Assembly: GCA_958009085.1 (NCBI GenBank) | Contig: OY253683.1 | Location: forward strand, 682,001 to 746,000 | Direction: 5' to 3' | Source of the DNA: Protoeuglena noctilucae | Taxonomy: Eukaryota | DNA: 64,000 nt | Part shown: one piece after another, positions 1 through 12,121 of the stretch | How the letters are laid out: each line of letters opens with the position of its first letter | Position numbering within the stretch: position 1 is the first letter of the stretch | The notes under the pieces: model-generated | Told to the model about the DNA's origin: nothing | What the model saw: the letters and a program-made list of their open reading frames with translations, nothing else | Databases searched by the model: none | Position numbers and translations under genes: made by a program

Positions 1-413
1 CGCAAGGAGGGCATCTTCGCGGGGGTGAGTGCTGAATGGGACGAGGGTCAGGGGTGTATGTGTGATGATCATCAGTAGTAGAAGCTGTACTGAGTAACTG
101 TACTGAGTGCTTTAGATAATATCATCAGAAGCCTGTGTCCGTTCCTGGTCCTCGGTTGCGCAGGCTGGCCCGACTGTCTGCGCCTGCGTCTCAGAGCCTG
201 GTGTACATTTCTCGTATGATGAGTGCGGTAGTGCCATGCTTTACACAATGACGGACCGTGTTCTCAGGTGTCGTCGGGAGGGGCCATCTCCGCGGCCCTG
301 CGCCTGTCCGCTGAGGTCGACGACGCCGTCATCGTGGTCATCGTGTGCGACCGGGGAGACCGGTACCTCTCCAGCGGACTCTTCTCCTCTGAAGCCGCCA
401 AGCACGACCCCAG
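1..413 (+). CDS. cysM: Cysteine synthase, CysM (O-acetylserine sulfhydrylase B) type, C-terminal part; gene begins upstream of the window
   Basis: Exons 1-24 and 268-413 (GT-AG intron 25-267) translate to RKEGIFAG|VSSGGAISAALRLSAEVDDAVIVVIVCDRGDRYLSSGLF, matching the CysM C-terminal motif EGIFxGVSSGG...CDRGDRYLS. It ends either at TGA 415-417 or by splicing at GT 414. Confidence 0.88.
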
Positions 414-549
414 GTGACACTGGCGTGATGGAAGGGTCGCGTCACTCTCAGCGGTTGCGGGTGGTGGTTGTGCACGCTCCCAGGCGACAACGCATCTCAA
501 CCCTTCTAAGCCTCTCAATGATGACAGCTCGTTGGGTGTCACCGCGCAG

Positions 550-1062
550 GCCCACGGGCGTGGAGACCTTCGCGTCCTCTCTCGCGCGCATGTCCGCGTA
601 CCCGGCGCCCCACTACGTCCTCTTCACCACCGACATCGACCCTCAGACGCAGCAGCTGTGGTGCCCCGACTGCGCGCGCAGCGTCGACGCCGTCCGGGCG
701 GCTGTCTGGGCCACGGGGGGGACGCTGCTTGAGGCCAGCGTGGGGCAACGGCCCGCATGGAAGAGCCCAGACCACCCCTTCCGGTGAGGGGCACGGGGCA
801 GCTGGGCAACGGTGGCATGAGAGCTGAGCAAGCGTGGCTCATGTAGGGGCACGTCCCATCACCGGCGGTGGCTCGCAGGCACCTCCGGGGCTTTGAGATC
901 AAGGGCGTGCCGACGTTGGTGCGGTGGGGCGTGCGCGAGACGGGGGACGGGGAGATCCTGGCCCGCGTGCAGGGGCCTCTGGAGAACGCAGCAACCGAAG
1001 CGGAGGCGGCGCGGGTGGCACAGGAGTTTGTGGCACGGACCAAGGACCTGCGCCTGGACTGA
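550..1062 (+). CDS. TXNDC17: TRP14/TXNDC17 (Clot, DUF953) thioredoxin-like domain, probably the C-terminal domain of the CysM gene
   Basis: Exons 550-783 and 879-1062 give PTGVETF...YVLFTTDIDPQTQQLWCPDC...VGQRPAWKSPDHPFR|HLRGFEIKGVPTLVRW. WCPDC, VGxRxxWK, PFR and VPTL are TRP14 hallmarks. Confidence 0.9.
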
Positions 1063-2169
1063 TGGGGCCCGTGCGTGGGCTTTGGTTTAGGTCATGCACT
1101 TTCCTCTCTGCGCTTTTGCTAGCTCTTGGATTTGCTTTTAGCTGGAAACTTGCTCTGGCTCATCTACATGCCGATGGCTTGGCGCGCTATTGTGGAACGT
1201 CCACCGCTTTCGAAGCGATGAATCGGGCTGTCCATCCATGCGTTTGGAGCCGCATTGGGCCCCTGACTGCGGTGCTCTTAGGGTACCCCTGGCTGTCAGC
1301 CGCGTTTCTTCAGCCAGGTTGGCTCCGCGCATCGCGGACAGACACTGGCCTTCGGAGTGATTGCTAGGCAGGCAGCCATGCAGGGCGCGCTTGCGGAGGA
1401 AGGCTCCAATGCCTTCCCGGAGGGGGACGCAGCCGGCAGTACAAGGAACAGCCCCCTGAGCGGGTCTTCAGCCCGGAACATGATGCCGGCCAAGGACGCC
1501 ATCTTGGAAGAGGAGGCGATGAAGGCGAGCTGCCGCGCGGAGGGGACGGGCACGTTTGATTGGGAGTTTCAACTGGAGCCCTGGACGCGGCGAGGCGTCG
1601 CGCGGGGCTTCCGTCGCACGATGGCATTGTCTTCGCGTTCAGTTTTGTATTTATATTTCCCGGCCGTATCTTGGGGCCGGAAAACCCCGTCGCCGGCCGC
1701 CGTTCGCGGCGTTGTTGCCTCGGCCCCCTTCCGGGGCCTCCCTCAGCCACGGCTGGGTCTCTTGGCGCTAACATCCATTAATCTGCGTGAGAGATAGCGA
1801 ATAAGCCCCCCGGATCAATGGCCGGGCCCAGGGATCTCGGGAACTCGGCGGGCAACAACAGGGCCCCCCCGCCGCCCCCGGAAGTCCCGCACTTGCTCGC
1901 ACGCGGCCCGCCACCCGTGCAGCGCCCGTGCATTGCGATCCCACGGCTTTCATGCGTGCCGCAGCCTGTGTGGATGGCCCTTATCGCGGCTGGCCGATCA
2001 GGATATCGGCCCTAGGGTCGCCCGCGTCTTTCCGGCCCTCCCTGCGCGGCATGACGCCCTCACGGTCGCTGGTTCCTGCCAGCTGCTTGGGAATGGGTAT
2101 CCACACGTTTTGCGCTCCCCCATCGTTCGTTGTTGCCTCCGGCTCGCGCGCTCAGCCTCCAACACGCCC

Positions 2170-5100
2170 ATGCCACCATCTGAACGTGGTTTCCTCCGAC
2201 GTGTGAGCATCCCATTCCTTCCGCCGCACCCGCAGGCCACCAACAACGATGACGCGTCCTCGCAGGCGCGCGGGCAGAACCTGGCGCAGCGGGTCTGGTG
2301 AGGCGTGGTCGTGCGAGCATCGGTGGACGGCCGCCGCGCCGACCGCGGGCCGCTCGCCGCGCTTTCCGCTTCCTCCGATGCCATTCGTTCGCACACATCT
2401 CCACGCTGGAGCTGCGCCAGGGTTCCGCGACCGGGCGCGCGCGGCGCAGGTCCCTGGAGCCCTGGTCACAGACGCTCCCCTCCCCAAGGAAGCCCTCCCT
2501 CCCGCACCCCGCAGGAGCTTCGTGCGCCGCCCTCCCAGCGGCCGTTCGACTCCCGGCTGGAACACGCAGGAGCACAGCCCCACCTCGGCCCGCGACGACA
2601 ACCGCCTGCAGTCGGCTCTGCGTGACCGGGAGGAGGAGGCCGAGCACCTGCGCAGCCAGGCGAGGGGGGAGAGGGAGGAGCGGAGAGAGTCTCGCGAATG
2701 AGATAATTGAGAACCATGGATTCGATTCGAAAAGTCTTTATTCTATTTCATGGAAAGCTTCCATCGACCGGCCTGCACTTGACGTGACGGTCGCGAGCAG
2801 GGATCGGGGTGTCCCTTGGGGCCCTGCCCACCTCACCCTGCCGCGTCTCCTGCCCTCGCCTCGCAGGTCCGCCTGGACGCCGCCGAGAAGGCCCGCCTCC
2901 GCGACCAGCTGCGGAAGCGCGACGTGGCGCTGGCGGCGGCCGAGGCAGACGCCGTGGTGCGGCAGGCGGAGGTGGACCGCCTGGAGAGGGCGCTGCAGGT
3001 CAAGGCACTCGAGATGGCCAGGGCGGGGCAGGGTGAGTGGCGACGGGTTCAGGCGTGGGTGTGGGGATGGTGGGGGAGAGGGGTCGGGGGGGCAGGGTGA
3101 GCTGCAGTGAGGTCGAGGTGGGGGTGTTGGGGGATAGGGATGCGGCTGTGCTGTGGGCGCTGTCAGCTCTGGCCGTGGAGTTGTTAACACGAGAGGACCA
3201 ATTCATCGGCACTTTGCTTGACGTGTGGCCGCAGCGGGGTCCGAGGGGTCGAAGGATCCCCTGGCGGTGATGGCGGCCCAGGCGCAGCGAGTGGAGGAGG
3301 AGCTGAGGGCCGTGCGCGCCGACCTGGCTGACAAGTCCAAGGCGAGTCATGCAATGAGTGCCATCGGGTCTCTGTTAGGTAGCCTGAGGGTGTGACGTGG
3401 ATGGTGTTTAACAAGCCGACAGGTGCACGGCGAGGGATGATCGCGTGTCGCCAGCGCGGCCAGCGCAATGTGCGTGGCGTGACACACACAGCAGGAGGAA
3501 GCTGGCACGCGCCCGACACGCTCGCCCTTCTCTCACCTCCCCTCCCTTCCCCTCCCCGCCCGCAGCAACTGGCAGAACAGTCGTCGCACCTGGCGGAGGC
3601 GCGTGCGGGCCTGGAGGCGGCCTTAACGGAGGCCTCCGATGCTCGGGACCGCGCGGAGGCCCTGGAGGCAGCGCTGCGTCGCCACCAGGACGAGAGCAAG
3701 ACCGCGGGGGGGTCGCGTGCCGCCATGACCATGCACGTGTCGCGTCTGACCAAGGAGTCCGCGGCGCTCAAGAGCGACAACGCGGCTTTGAAGGCGGAGG
3801 CGGAGGCCGCCAACCGGGCGCTGGTCAAGGTGGGGGGGTGGCGGTGATGGGGGCTGACAGCGACGTGTGGGGTGCGGGGGAGGGGAGTGATGGATCGGAG
3901 TCATGCTATAGCACTTCATTTGTGACTTCACTCCGCATGGCTCGGCAGCAGCTGCGTCGCTCACTCTTCACCCCTGCCTCTGAACCCCCGCAGGCCAAGG
4001 CGGAGCTGGCGGCTCTGATGGACCAGCACAAGCGGGCGCGGGACGAGGGGAAGAGCATGCAGATGCAGACGTCCTTCATGCAGTAAGGGGGCGTGGCGTA
4101 ATAATGCTTCACGCATGGTCTGTGCGCCCATTCACACTCACATCCACGGTACCCAATACATTGCTCATCTCCACATCATTGTGCGCCTTTTCTTATCAGG
4201 AAAACCATAACACTCCACACCAATCGCTCATCTCCACCCCCATCTCTCTTTCTCTCTTTCCTTCCCAGGAAGCGTGAGGAGGAGTTGACTTCTCAGCGTG
4301 ACCGCGCTGACCAGAGGGCCAATGAGGCAGAGAGGGACCTAAGGGAGGCCCGGGCGCAGCTGGAGGGGATGCAGGCGGAGAGGGCGTCTTTGATGAAGCG
4401 GGTCAGGGACGCTGAGGCGGCCGTCAGGTGCGGTGGGGGCAGGGGGGGTGGGGAGTGGGTGCGGTGGGGGTAGGGGATAAGTAGGGGGTGCACGAACGTC
4501 TGAGGCTCTTTCATACCTTTGTCGCCCAGTCACGCAGTGTTGTCTCTGTGGCCACCTTGTTTTAGAAAAACACCCTGCCATCCCGCCCAACCCCACCCTC
4601 GCTACCACCGCACCCCCCACCCCCACACCCTGTGCTGCACCCCCCACCCCTGCCAGCCCCACTACTACCACCCCAGGATGCTCGAGGCCTCTCTGTCGGA
4701 GGCGGGCGAGGCGGTGACGGAGCTAGAGTCTGCGCGGGAGGGCGCCCTGCAGAGGGACGCGCGCATCACCTACCTGGAGAGGGCGGTGCGGGAGAGGGAG
4801 GAGGAGCTGGGGAGGGCCAGGGAGATGCTGGAGGGACTCAAGGTGACTTGGAGGGAGGGGGGGTGGGCAGTGTTGTGGACAGGTGACGACAGACGGCGCG
4901 GTGGGGTGGGAAAGCGCCTTCTGTTGCCTTTCCTCTCATCTTTCCTTCCCGCATCTCGCTTGGTCAACCGCCCTCACGTCTCCCACAAACCCGTTCCGAC
5001 CCCGCCGTCACCGCCTGCCCCACAATCACGGCACCCCAATCGATCCCCGCCGCCCCCCCTTTCCGCAGTCCGCCGACCGCCTGGACCGCGAGCGCCAGTC

Positions 5101-8100
5101 GCTGATTGAGTCCCTGGAGCGCGACCTGGCCGATTCCCGACGCCGGCACCACCAGGAGGTGTTGGAGCTGAAGCTGGCTTTGGAAGCAAGGGAGGAGGAC
5201 GCGAGGGCGGCGGCGAGGGAGGCGGAGGGGCTGCGGGCGAGGGTGGAGAGGGCGGGGGAGGAGCTGAAGGAGGCGGAGGTGAGGGGTGGGGTGGGAATGA
5301 GGTTGAGGTGGAGGGTGGGCATGAGTGCGGTGGCTGGGGTGCAGATGAGAACCTGTTCAAACTGCATCGTCGCATTGATCAAACATCACATCGTCCATCT
5401 CCCGCCCGCAGCTGTCGCTGGACGCCACGCGCCGGGAGCTGTCCGAGACGCAGCAGGCCTTGCAGGAGAGCGACGCGCGGGGGGAGCTGCTGTCCGCGGA
5501 TCTGTCGGCGGCGCGGCGCGAGGCGGCAGCGGCGGGGGAGGACCTGGCGAGGGTGGAGGCGCTGGCCAGGGACCGGCACAGGGAGGCGGAGGCGGCGCGG
5601 GCCCGGCTGCACGCGCTGGAGGGGGAGGTGAGGAAGAGGAGTGGGATGGAATGTGATGGGGTGTGGGAGGTGGGAGTGCACGCACTCAAGGGGGGGGTGA
5701 GGGGTGGTGGGGTGGGAGTGGATGAGGTGTGGGGGTGCAGGCGCTGGAGGGGGAGGTGAGGGGTTGGAGAAATGGGTTGGGTGGGGTGTGATGGGGTGTA
5801 GGACTGCACTCACTCTGCCCTCTCTGTCTGCCACAGCTCGAGGCGAACACGCAGCAGTACCGCTCCATGTATCTCCCTATCATGTTTACCACCCCACCCC
5901 CACCTGACCCCCACAGCTGGAGGCCGGCACCCAGCAGTACCGCTCCGTGCTGTCGGGCCAGGAATCCCTCGCCCAGGAGCTGGCACGGGCCAAGGACGCG
6001 CTGAGGTCCGCCATCGGGGACTGCGACGCCAGGGACGCCGTCATTGCTGACCTCAACCGGCAGGTGAGGGGGTGGATGGGGGGGAAGGGGGGTGTGAATG
6101 TCAAAGCCACAGGTGTGGAGGGTAGCAGGAACTTGTTAATACAATGCTACGTTTCCCTCGCATCCCGCTCTATCATATCTCGTTGCCCCTCTATCGTGCA
6201 CAACTCTATATGCGATCGAATCCCCCCAGGTGTCTGACCTGGAGGCGCGTGCGGCGCGGCTGGGGGCGGAGGCGGACGACGCGCGGCTGGTGGCCGAGGA
6301 GGCGAGGAGGCACGCCAAGGCACAGGCGAGCGATAGGGTCGACTTTTTTTATGGATGGAAGTGATGGGGGGTTAGCGAGAAGGTGTGGGTGGCTGAGGAG
6401 GCGAGGAGGCACGCCAAGGCACAGGCGAGTGGTGATATGGGAGGTGGAGAGATGTGATGGGGTGCAGGGTGTGATGAGCGGACTGCTGAAGGGGTGGGGT
6501 GGGGTGGGGGTTACTGGAAGAGGCACACAGCGCACTGCTCTTTGTCCCTCTACCTCTTACCTTTGCTGCCGCTGACCCTTCATGACTCCCCTCCATCACC
6601 CCCCTCCTCTGCCTCTCTACAGGGGGAGGAGTCTGCGTCCCTCCGCGCTGCCCTGGCGGAGGCCCGCAGCAGCGCGGGGGAGTGGGAGCGGGAGGCACGC
6701 GACGCGGCCGCCAGACTGGCGCAGGCGAGATGCCGGGGGATGCAGATGGGAAGACATTGGGGTCGCATACATGATGAATGCTATATGTCATATTAACTAT
6801 GCATCTACATCCATCTTCCTTCTCGACCTCAGATGGAGGACGAGATGTCTGCGGTCAAATCCCACTCGCGCGACATCCACGGGGAGTGCTTCACGCTGCA
6901 GAAGATGCTCGAGGAGGCGGCGGACAGGTGAGATGGATGGGGATGGTGGGGAGAGATGGGTATCTAGAGCATGGCAGGCCTCTTGAATTTGATGAGCTTC
7001 CTTCCACACCCACCTCACCCTCATCTCTCTACCCTCACCATATACTGCCACCCTATACCCTCGTCTCCCACGCAGGGAGGAGTCCCTGGCCTCTCGCCTG
7101 GCCGCGGCCGAGGCCGACTTTGCCTCGGCGCGGGTGCGGGCGCAGGAGGCGGATCTCACGGCGGAGGCGGCGCGGCTCGAGGCGGCAGACGCCAGGGCGG
7201 CGGCGGACGAGGCGCGGGCGGCGGCGGAGGCGGCGGGGGCAGCGAGGGAGGCCGCGGAGAGGCGGGCGGGGGAGGGGCAGGAGGAGGTGGAGCGGCTGGG
7301 GAAGGAGGTGAGGGGAGGAGGGTGGGTGGGATGGGATGGGATGTGCGGGTTAGTGGGGAGGGTGGGGTGGGATGGGGCAGGTAGGGATATGTTGATGGAG
7401 GTGAGAGGGCAGGGATGTGGGAAAGGCTGGACTGTGAAGGTTGAAGAGACGAGGATGTTAGGGGAAAGGTGGAAGATACGCCACTTACCATGCGTACAAC
7501 TCACCCACCCCGCATCCCTGCCTTTCTCTCAGCTGGCGGACGTGGCCTTCCAGGCCCAGGAGTCCCGGGGTGCCTTGGAGGAGGCACGCGCCCACATCGC
7601 ACAGCTGGAGGAGCAGCTGCAGCAAGTGGCGGTGCTGCAGGTGAGGGAGAGCCAATTCTGCTGCATTCTCACTTCGTCTGCCTTTAGATAGATTAGATAG
7701 CAGCCAACGTCATTGCTATTCTGTCAGCCCAGGCATGGCAGCCAGCGAGACCACATGCACTCACCCGTGCCCCTCTCTCCAGGTCAAGCTCACGGCCGCC
7801 GAGGACCGCCTGCGCGAGACGGAGGCAGACCTGGAGCGCGAGCGGCAGTCGCTGCGGGCCACGCAGGACAGCCTCCGCGCGGCGCAGCGGGGCAGGGAGG
7901 ACGCCGAGCGTGTCGCGGTCAAGGCCACCGCCGACGCCGAGGGCCAGCGCAAGCGCGCGGACCTGCTTGCAAAGGACGCGGAGGGCAAGGGCCGCGCCGC
8001 CAAGGAGGCCGCGGGGCAGGTGGCCAAGCTGGAGGGGCTGCTGCGGGCGAGGGGGGAGGAGCTTGAGCGGGCGCTCAAGGAGATTCGGTGAGTGCAACAT

Positions 8101-9937
8101 TCGAATCACATGTGATATTGATTGCATGAGGAGATAGTGAAGGGCTGTCGCTGCCACCGGATGGAGTACATGATTGGAAGGCGCGGGTGTTGCGCATGAC
8201 ATGACGGGCGATGGCGTTGACCCACCAGCGGCTGACCCCATCCCCCGCCACCCTCGCAGTTCCCGGCGCGCTCGCGGCGACGAGGAGCTGTCCGAGGAGC
8301 AGGTGGCCCTGATGCACCGCCTCCGCATGGAGACGCGGTCCAAGGAGGCGGAGCTGGGGCGGCTGCGGAGTGCCCTGGAGGCCGTGCGGGCCGAGGCGGC
8401 GGAGCAGGGTGCGCTGATCGAGGAGCTGCAGGCGGAGCTGGAGGCGAACGTGGCCGAGATGGAGAGGCGCATGGAGGCGGGGACGCGGGCGGAGGCCGAG
8501 GTGGCCAGGCTCAAGTGAGTGGGGGAGGGGGGCACGATGCGATTGAGGTTTGCAGTTACTCGATTGGCGTGCGAATGCACCGTACACCTCGCAGCACACC
8601 CATTCATGCCGTCAGTTGCCAATGCATGGTCCTATCCGGTCTTGCCATCGCAGGGTCGAGCTGGAGGACAAGGCCGACGCGCTGTCCCAGGCGGCCCGGC
8701 AGCTGGTGGAGCTGCAGCAGTCGCGGCGGCTCTCCCTGGACCCCATGTCGCCCGCGCGTGGCGGGCGGGTGCCCTCCGCGGCGCCCTCGCTGCCGGAGAC
8801 CCCCGCGCAGCGCCGGCGGGCGGCGCAGGCCCAGGCGAGGCTGGCGGAGGTGCTGCTGGGTGCGACGGTGGTGTACGCGGGCGCGGCGCTGGGCCTAGAG
8901 CAGCGGGCGGCGGAGGCGGAGGCGGCGCGGATGCGCGCGGGGGAGGCCAAGGCCGCGGCGATGGATCAGCTGGCGGCGGCGCGGCGCGAGGCGGCGGCGG
9001 CCGAGGGGGCGCTTCAGTATTACGAGGACCGGTCGGGTGAGAGAGGGATGAGAAGAGTGGTGGTGGGGCAGTGTGGGTGGAGCAGAGGTGCGAGGTAGCA
9101 AATTGAGACACCTGTAGACCCACCCATGGTGCTTGTCAACGATGTCCTTGCTCCCTCGCTCGCCCCCCCAGGCATCGCGCACGTCCCCCGCGCCCTGGGC
9201 GCCCGCGTGGCGACGCTGGTGGACGACGTGGGGAGGGTGCGGGCGAGGGCCGCGGAGGCGGAGAGCACGCGTGCCGACGCCGAGCACGCCCTGCGTGGTG
9301 CGCGGGCACGCATGGAGCAGCTCTCCGGCGTCGTCGCCGAGATGCACGAGCAGGGCATCCCCATGACGGACGCCCACGCCCGGCTCATCCGGGGCTTGCT
9401 GGCCTTTGGGCCGGAGGACGAGGCTGTGGCGCCCACGCTGCCGGGGTCGCCGGGGGACGGCGACGCGCACAGCCACAGCCACGCCCGGGGCAAGGGCAAG
9501 GGACTGGGCAAGGGAGACGTCGGGACCGAGTTTAAGGTAAAGGGCGGGGCGTGATGTGGGTGTAACATGGTTTGGATGTGCTTGACTGTCACCTTGGAAG
9601 CCCAAGTTGACGAGGGGCCACATGACTACTGGCACTGTCGCGCCCTCACACTTGGCAGGACCGTGCAACTTGTCCGTTCCATTCCGCGCGTGCGCAGGGC
9701 TCGTCGGGCGGTGGGTTCCCGAACCCCGTCCGCTTCCTGGCGCGCGTGGCAGGGCCGGTCGCGGCCGTGCTCCTCGGGGCGTCGGCCCTGGCCGCCAAGG
9801 GCGTCGTCTTCGACGCCGCGAAGGGGCAGCCGGAGGCGACCCCCGACCGTGCCGCGAAGCCTCGCGTGCGCAAGTCGTCGTCGTCGCCCAGGCGTAGCAC
9901 GAGCCGCACCGGGGACGGCATCGTTGCGCAGGCTTGA
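2170..9937 (+). CDS. Large multi-exon coiled-coil protein with a C-terminal hydrophobic segment (golgin-like or cytoskeletal; family unknown)
   Basis: About 20 short E/A/R/L-rich heptad exons in consistent phase (e.g. 2867-3031, 3566-3828, 5917-6063, 7783-8087, 8654-9036). The last exon, from 9698, encodes FLARVAGPVAAVLLGASALAAKGVVF, with TGA ending at 9937. The start is uncertain. Confidence 0.75.
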
Positions 9938-10132
9938 CGAGCGAGGGGCTTAGCTGACCGATGTGAAGTGTGAAGATAACGCGTGACGAACCGGCGGGAA
10001 AAGGATTTGTTGCGCCTGGTGCACGGATACCCTCGACGATGCCAGTGCCAGATGCGCCCCCTGCCTGACAGAATGGGTGGCCGCGGCCGTATCGCTCACG
10101 CCGTCCTGCAGGGCGGAGATAATCGTGCAACC

Positions 10133-11837
10133 ATGACGGTCGAAGGCGAGTGGAGGGGTGCTTGCCACGATGTAAATCTTTGCTGAAACCCAGGGTGCAA
10201 TCTCGGCAGTCCGCGGCCTGTTGCAGATCGCGCGCGGTCGCCGGTCGCGTTCGAGAAGGAGGATGCGGAGGCCAGCGTGAGAGCGGTGGCGGTGCCGCGG
10301 ACGGGCGACGCGTCCCCGGCGTCCCCAGCGGAAGGTGACGTTTGGGTATCAGCGCCCATGCCGGCCACTCGAGAGAGCTGAGGGGCTCCTGAGGTTGTTT
10401 CCTGTTCGTAACGCGAATTGTCTTTCTGTTTACGCCATCGAATCTCTGCTTTTCGACCTCACGGCGCTGTTCCAGCACGTGCATAAACAAATTTAATACA
10501 TGCGCTGTGTCGTCGCAGGAGCCGGGCTCCAGGCTGCCGATGTGGCCGCGGAACAGAACGATGCCATCGCGGAGCTCTACCACGTGAGCGCCCGGGACAA
10601 GATACGCTGTCGTTGCCTCGATCCCTGCCACTGCGCCTGCAGCGGACCTGCACGCACAGCCCTGCACCACGCCCGCGCACCGGACGATTGCGCCCCGCTG
10701 AGGTACGCGCCCGGCACGCGAGCACTCGCCCACCAGTGTCCCTGCGCCTCCCCGCAGCGCTGCAAGGAGATGCATTCCTGGCGAAGGGACGTGGAGGAGC
10801 ACTCCCTCATGAAGCTCGCGGGAGACCTGCGGGGCCTGAAGGTGGCCGACCTTGCGTGCGGGTCCGGGCACTACACGCGCAAGCTGCAAGCGGCGGGTGC
10901 AGCACAAGTCGTTGGCGTGGACATCTCGCCAGAGATGGTGGCAATCGCACGTGGTATTGAGAGCCGTGAGCCTCTCGGGGTGGAGTACCTGTGCCTGGAC
11001 GCCACGCAGCCCCTGCCCTTTGGCGACCGGTGAGGGCGGCTGTGCCTGGCACATCCGCATGCACCCATGCAACACCTCTGCATCAGTGCCACTCATGCAG
11101 CCCAAGCCCCGTCCCTGTCACTCCATTGCAGTGACCTGGTCTTCGCGGCGTTCCTCCTCAACTACGCCGACTCGTATTCCATGCTCGCGGCCTTCGTGCG
11201 GACCATCCACCAGGCCCTCCGGGACGGCGGCCGGTTCGTCTCCGTCAACGGTGCGCGGTGTGGTGTGGTGTGGTGTGGTGTCATCAGATGCCATGTCCTA
11301 TAATCACATCACCCAGCGACCCATCTGATGGCCTCGTTCGACTCCCTGCTTGTAGACAACCCCCTTGGTATCATTCATTCCACTCCCACCTCGCTCGCTG
11401 TTCGCTGCTCGCAGACAACTTTGCCCAGGACCCCTCGCGGTACGCCGACTGCCGCCGCCACCTGTTCGAGAAGACCCTGCCTCAGGGCAGCCGGTTTTCG
11501 GGCGCGACCATCCGCTACACCCTCATGGACGCCCTCACGGGTGCGTACACGGCATGGCTGCTACCCTCAGTGTTTGTATCCCATACAAGCGGTACAAGCT
11601 GCCAGGTGCCGGCGTGTGCCCCGCTTCAAACACGCATCTGTCTCCTTCTCCTCATCAGGCCGCGAGTTTGGATTCGACAACTACTGGCTCCCGGAGGAGG
11701 ACTACCGCCGCGCTTTCCGAGAGGCCGGGTTTCGCTCCGTGCGCTTCGTGCCCCTCAGCGCATCTCCCGACGCGGAGGACAACTACGACGACCTCATCGA
11801 GGCGCAGCCATTCGTGCTGATCGAGGCCTGCAAATGA
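10133..11837 (+). CDS. Class I SAM-dependent methyltransferase, similar to bacterial ToxA-like small-molecule methyltransferases
   Basis: Motif I VADLACGSGHYTR, followed by VVGVDISPEM, FLLNYA, LRDGGRFV and FDNYWL...YRRAFREAGF. Exons are phase-consistent from ATG 10133 to TGA ending 11837. Confidence 0.85.
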
Positions 11838-12121
11838 TCCGACAAGTGCTTGCAAGTCAGAAGCAAGTCCACATCCCCAGCATCGGGATTCCAGGGCCCC
11901 GCGCCCGAACCGCCCGGACTGCCCAAAAAGGGTAGTAAAACTCCGAACTGGCGCAGTTCGGGCGTTTCGGGCGCGGGGCCGGAACCCCGATGAGTGTCGA
12001 TGTTATTGCCAGACCTTCGTATAAACAGCTTAGTGTAGACTTGTTTAGTGCAGCTCTGCCACTCCAGGCCGGCGAGGCCCGCAGGATACGTAGTAAAAGT
12101 GAGTTTTCGTACCTGCACATA

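Noticed and set aside
415..417. Selenocysteine or stop read-through at TGA
   Set aside because: The reading frame after the TGA does not lead into the TRP14 frame; splicing at 414 explains the join more simply.
1296..1953. Possible small gene between TRP14 and the coiled-coil gene
   Set aside because: There is coding-like composition near 1480-1530, but no recognisable motif or convincing exon chain on either strand.
8895..11105. 736-aa minus-strand ORF
   Set aside because: It is the antisense shadow of the coiled-coil and methyltransferase genes; long stop-free frames are expected at this GC content.
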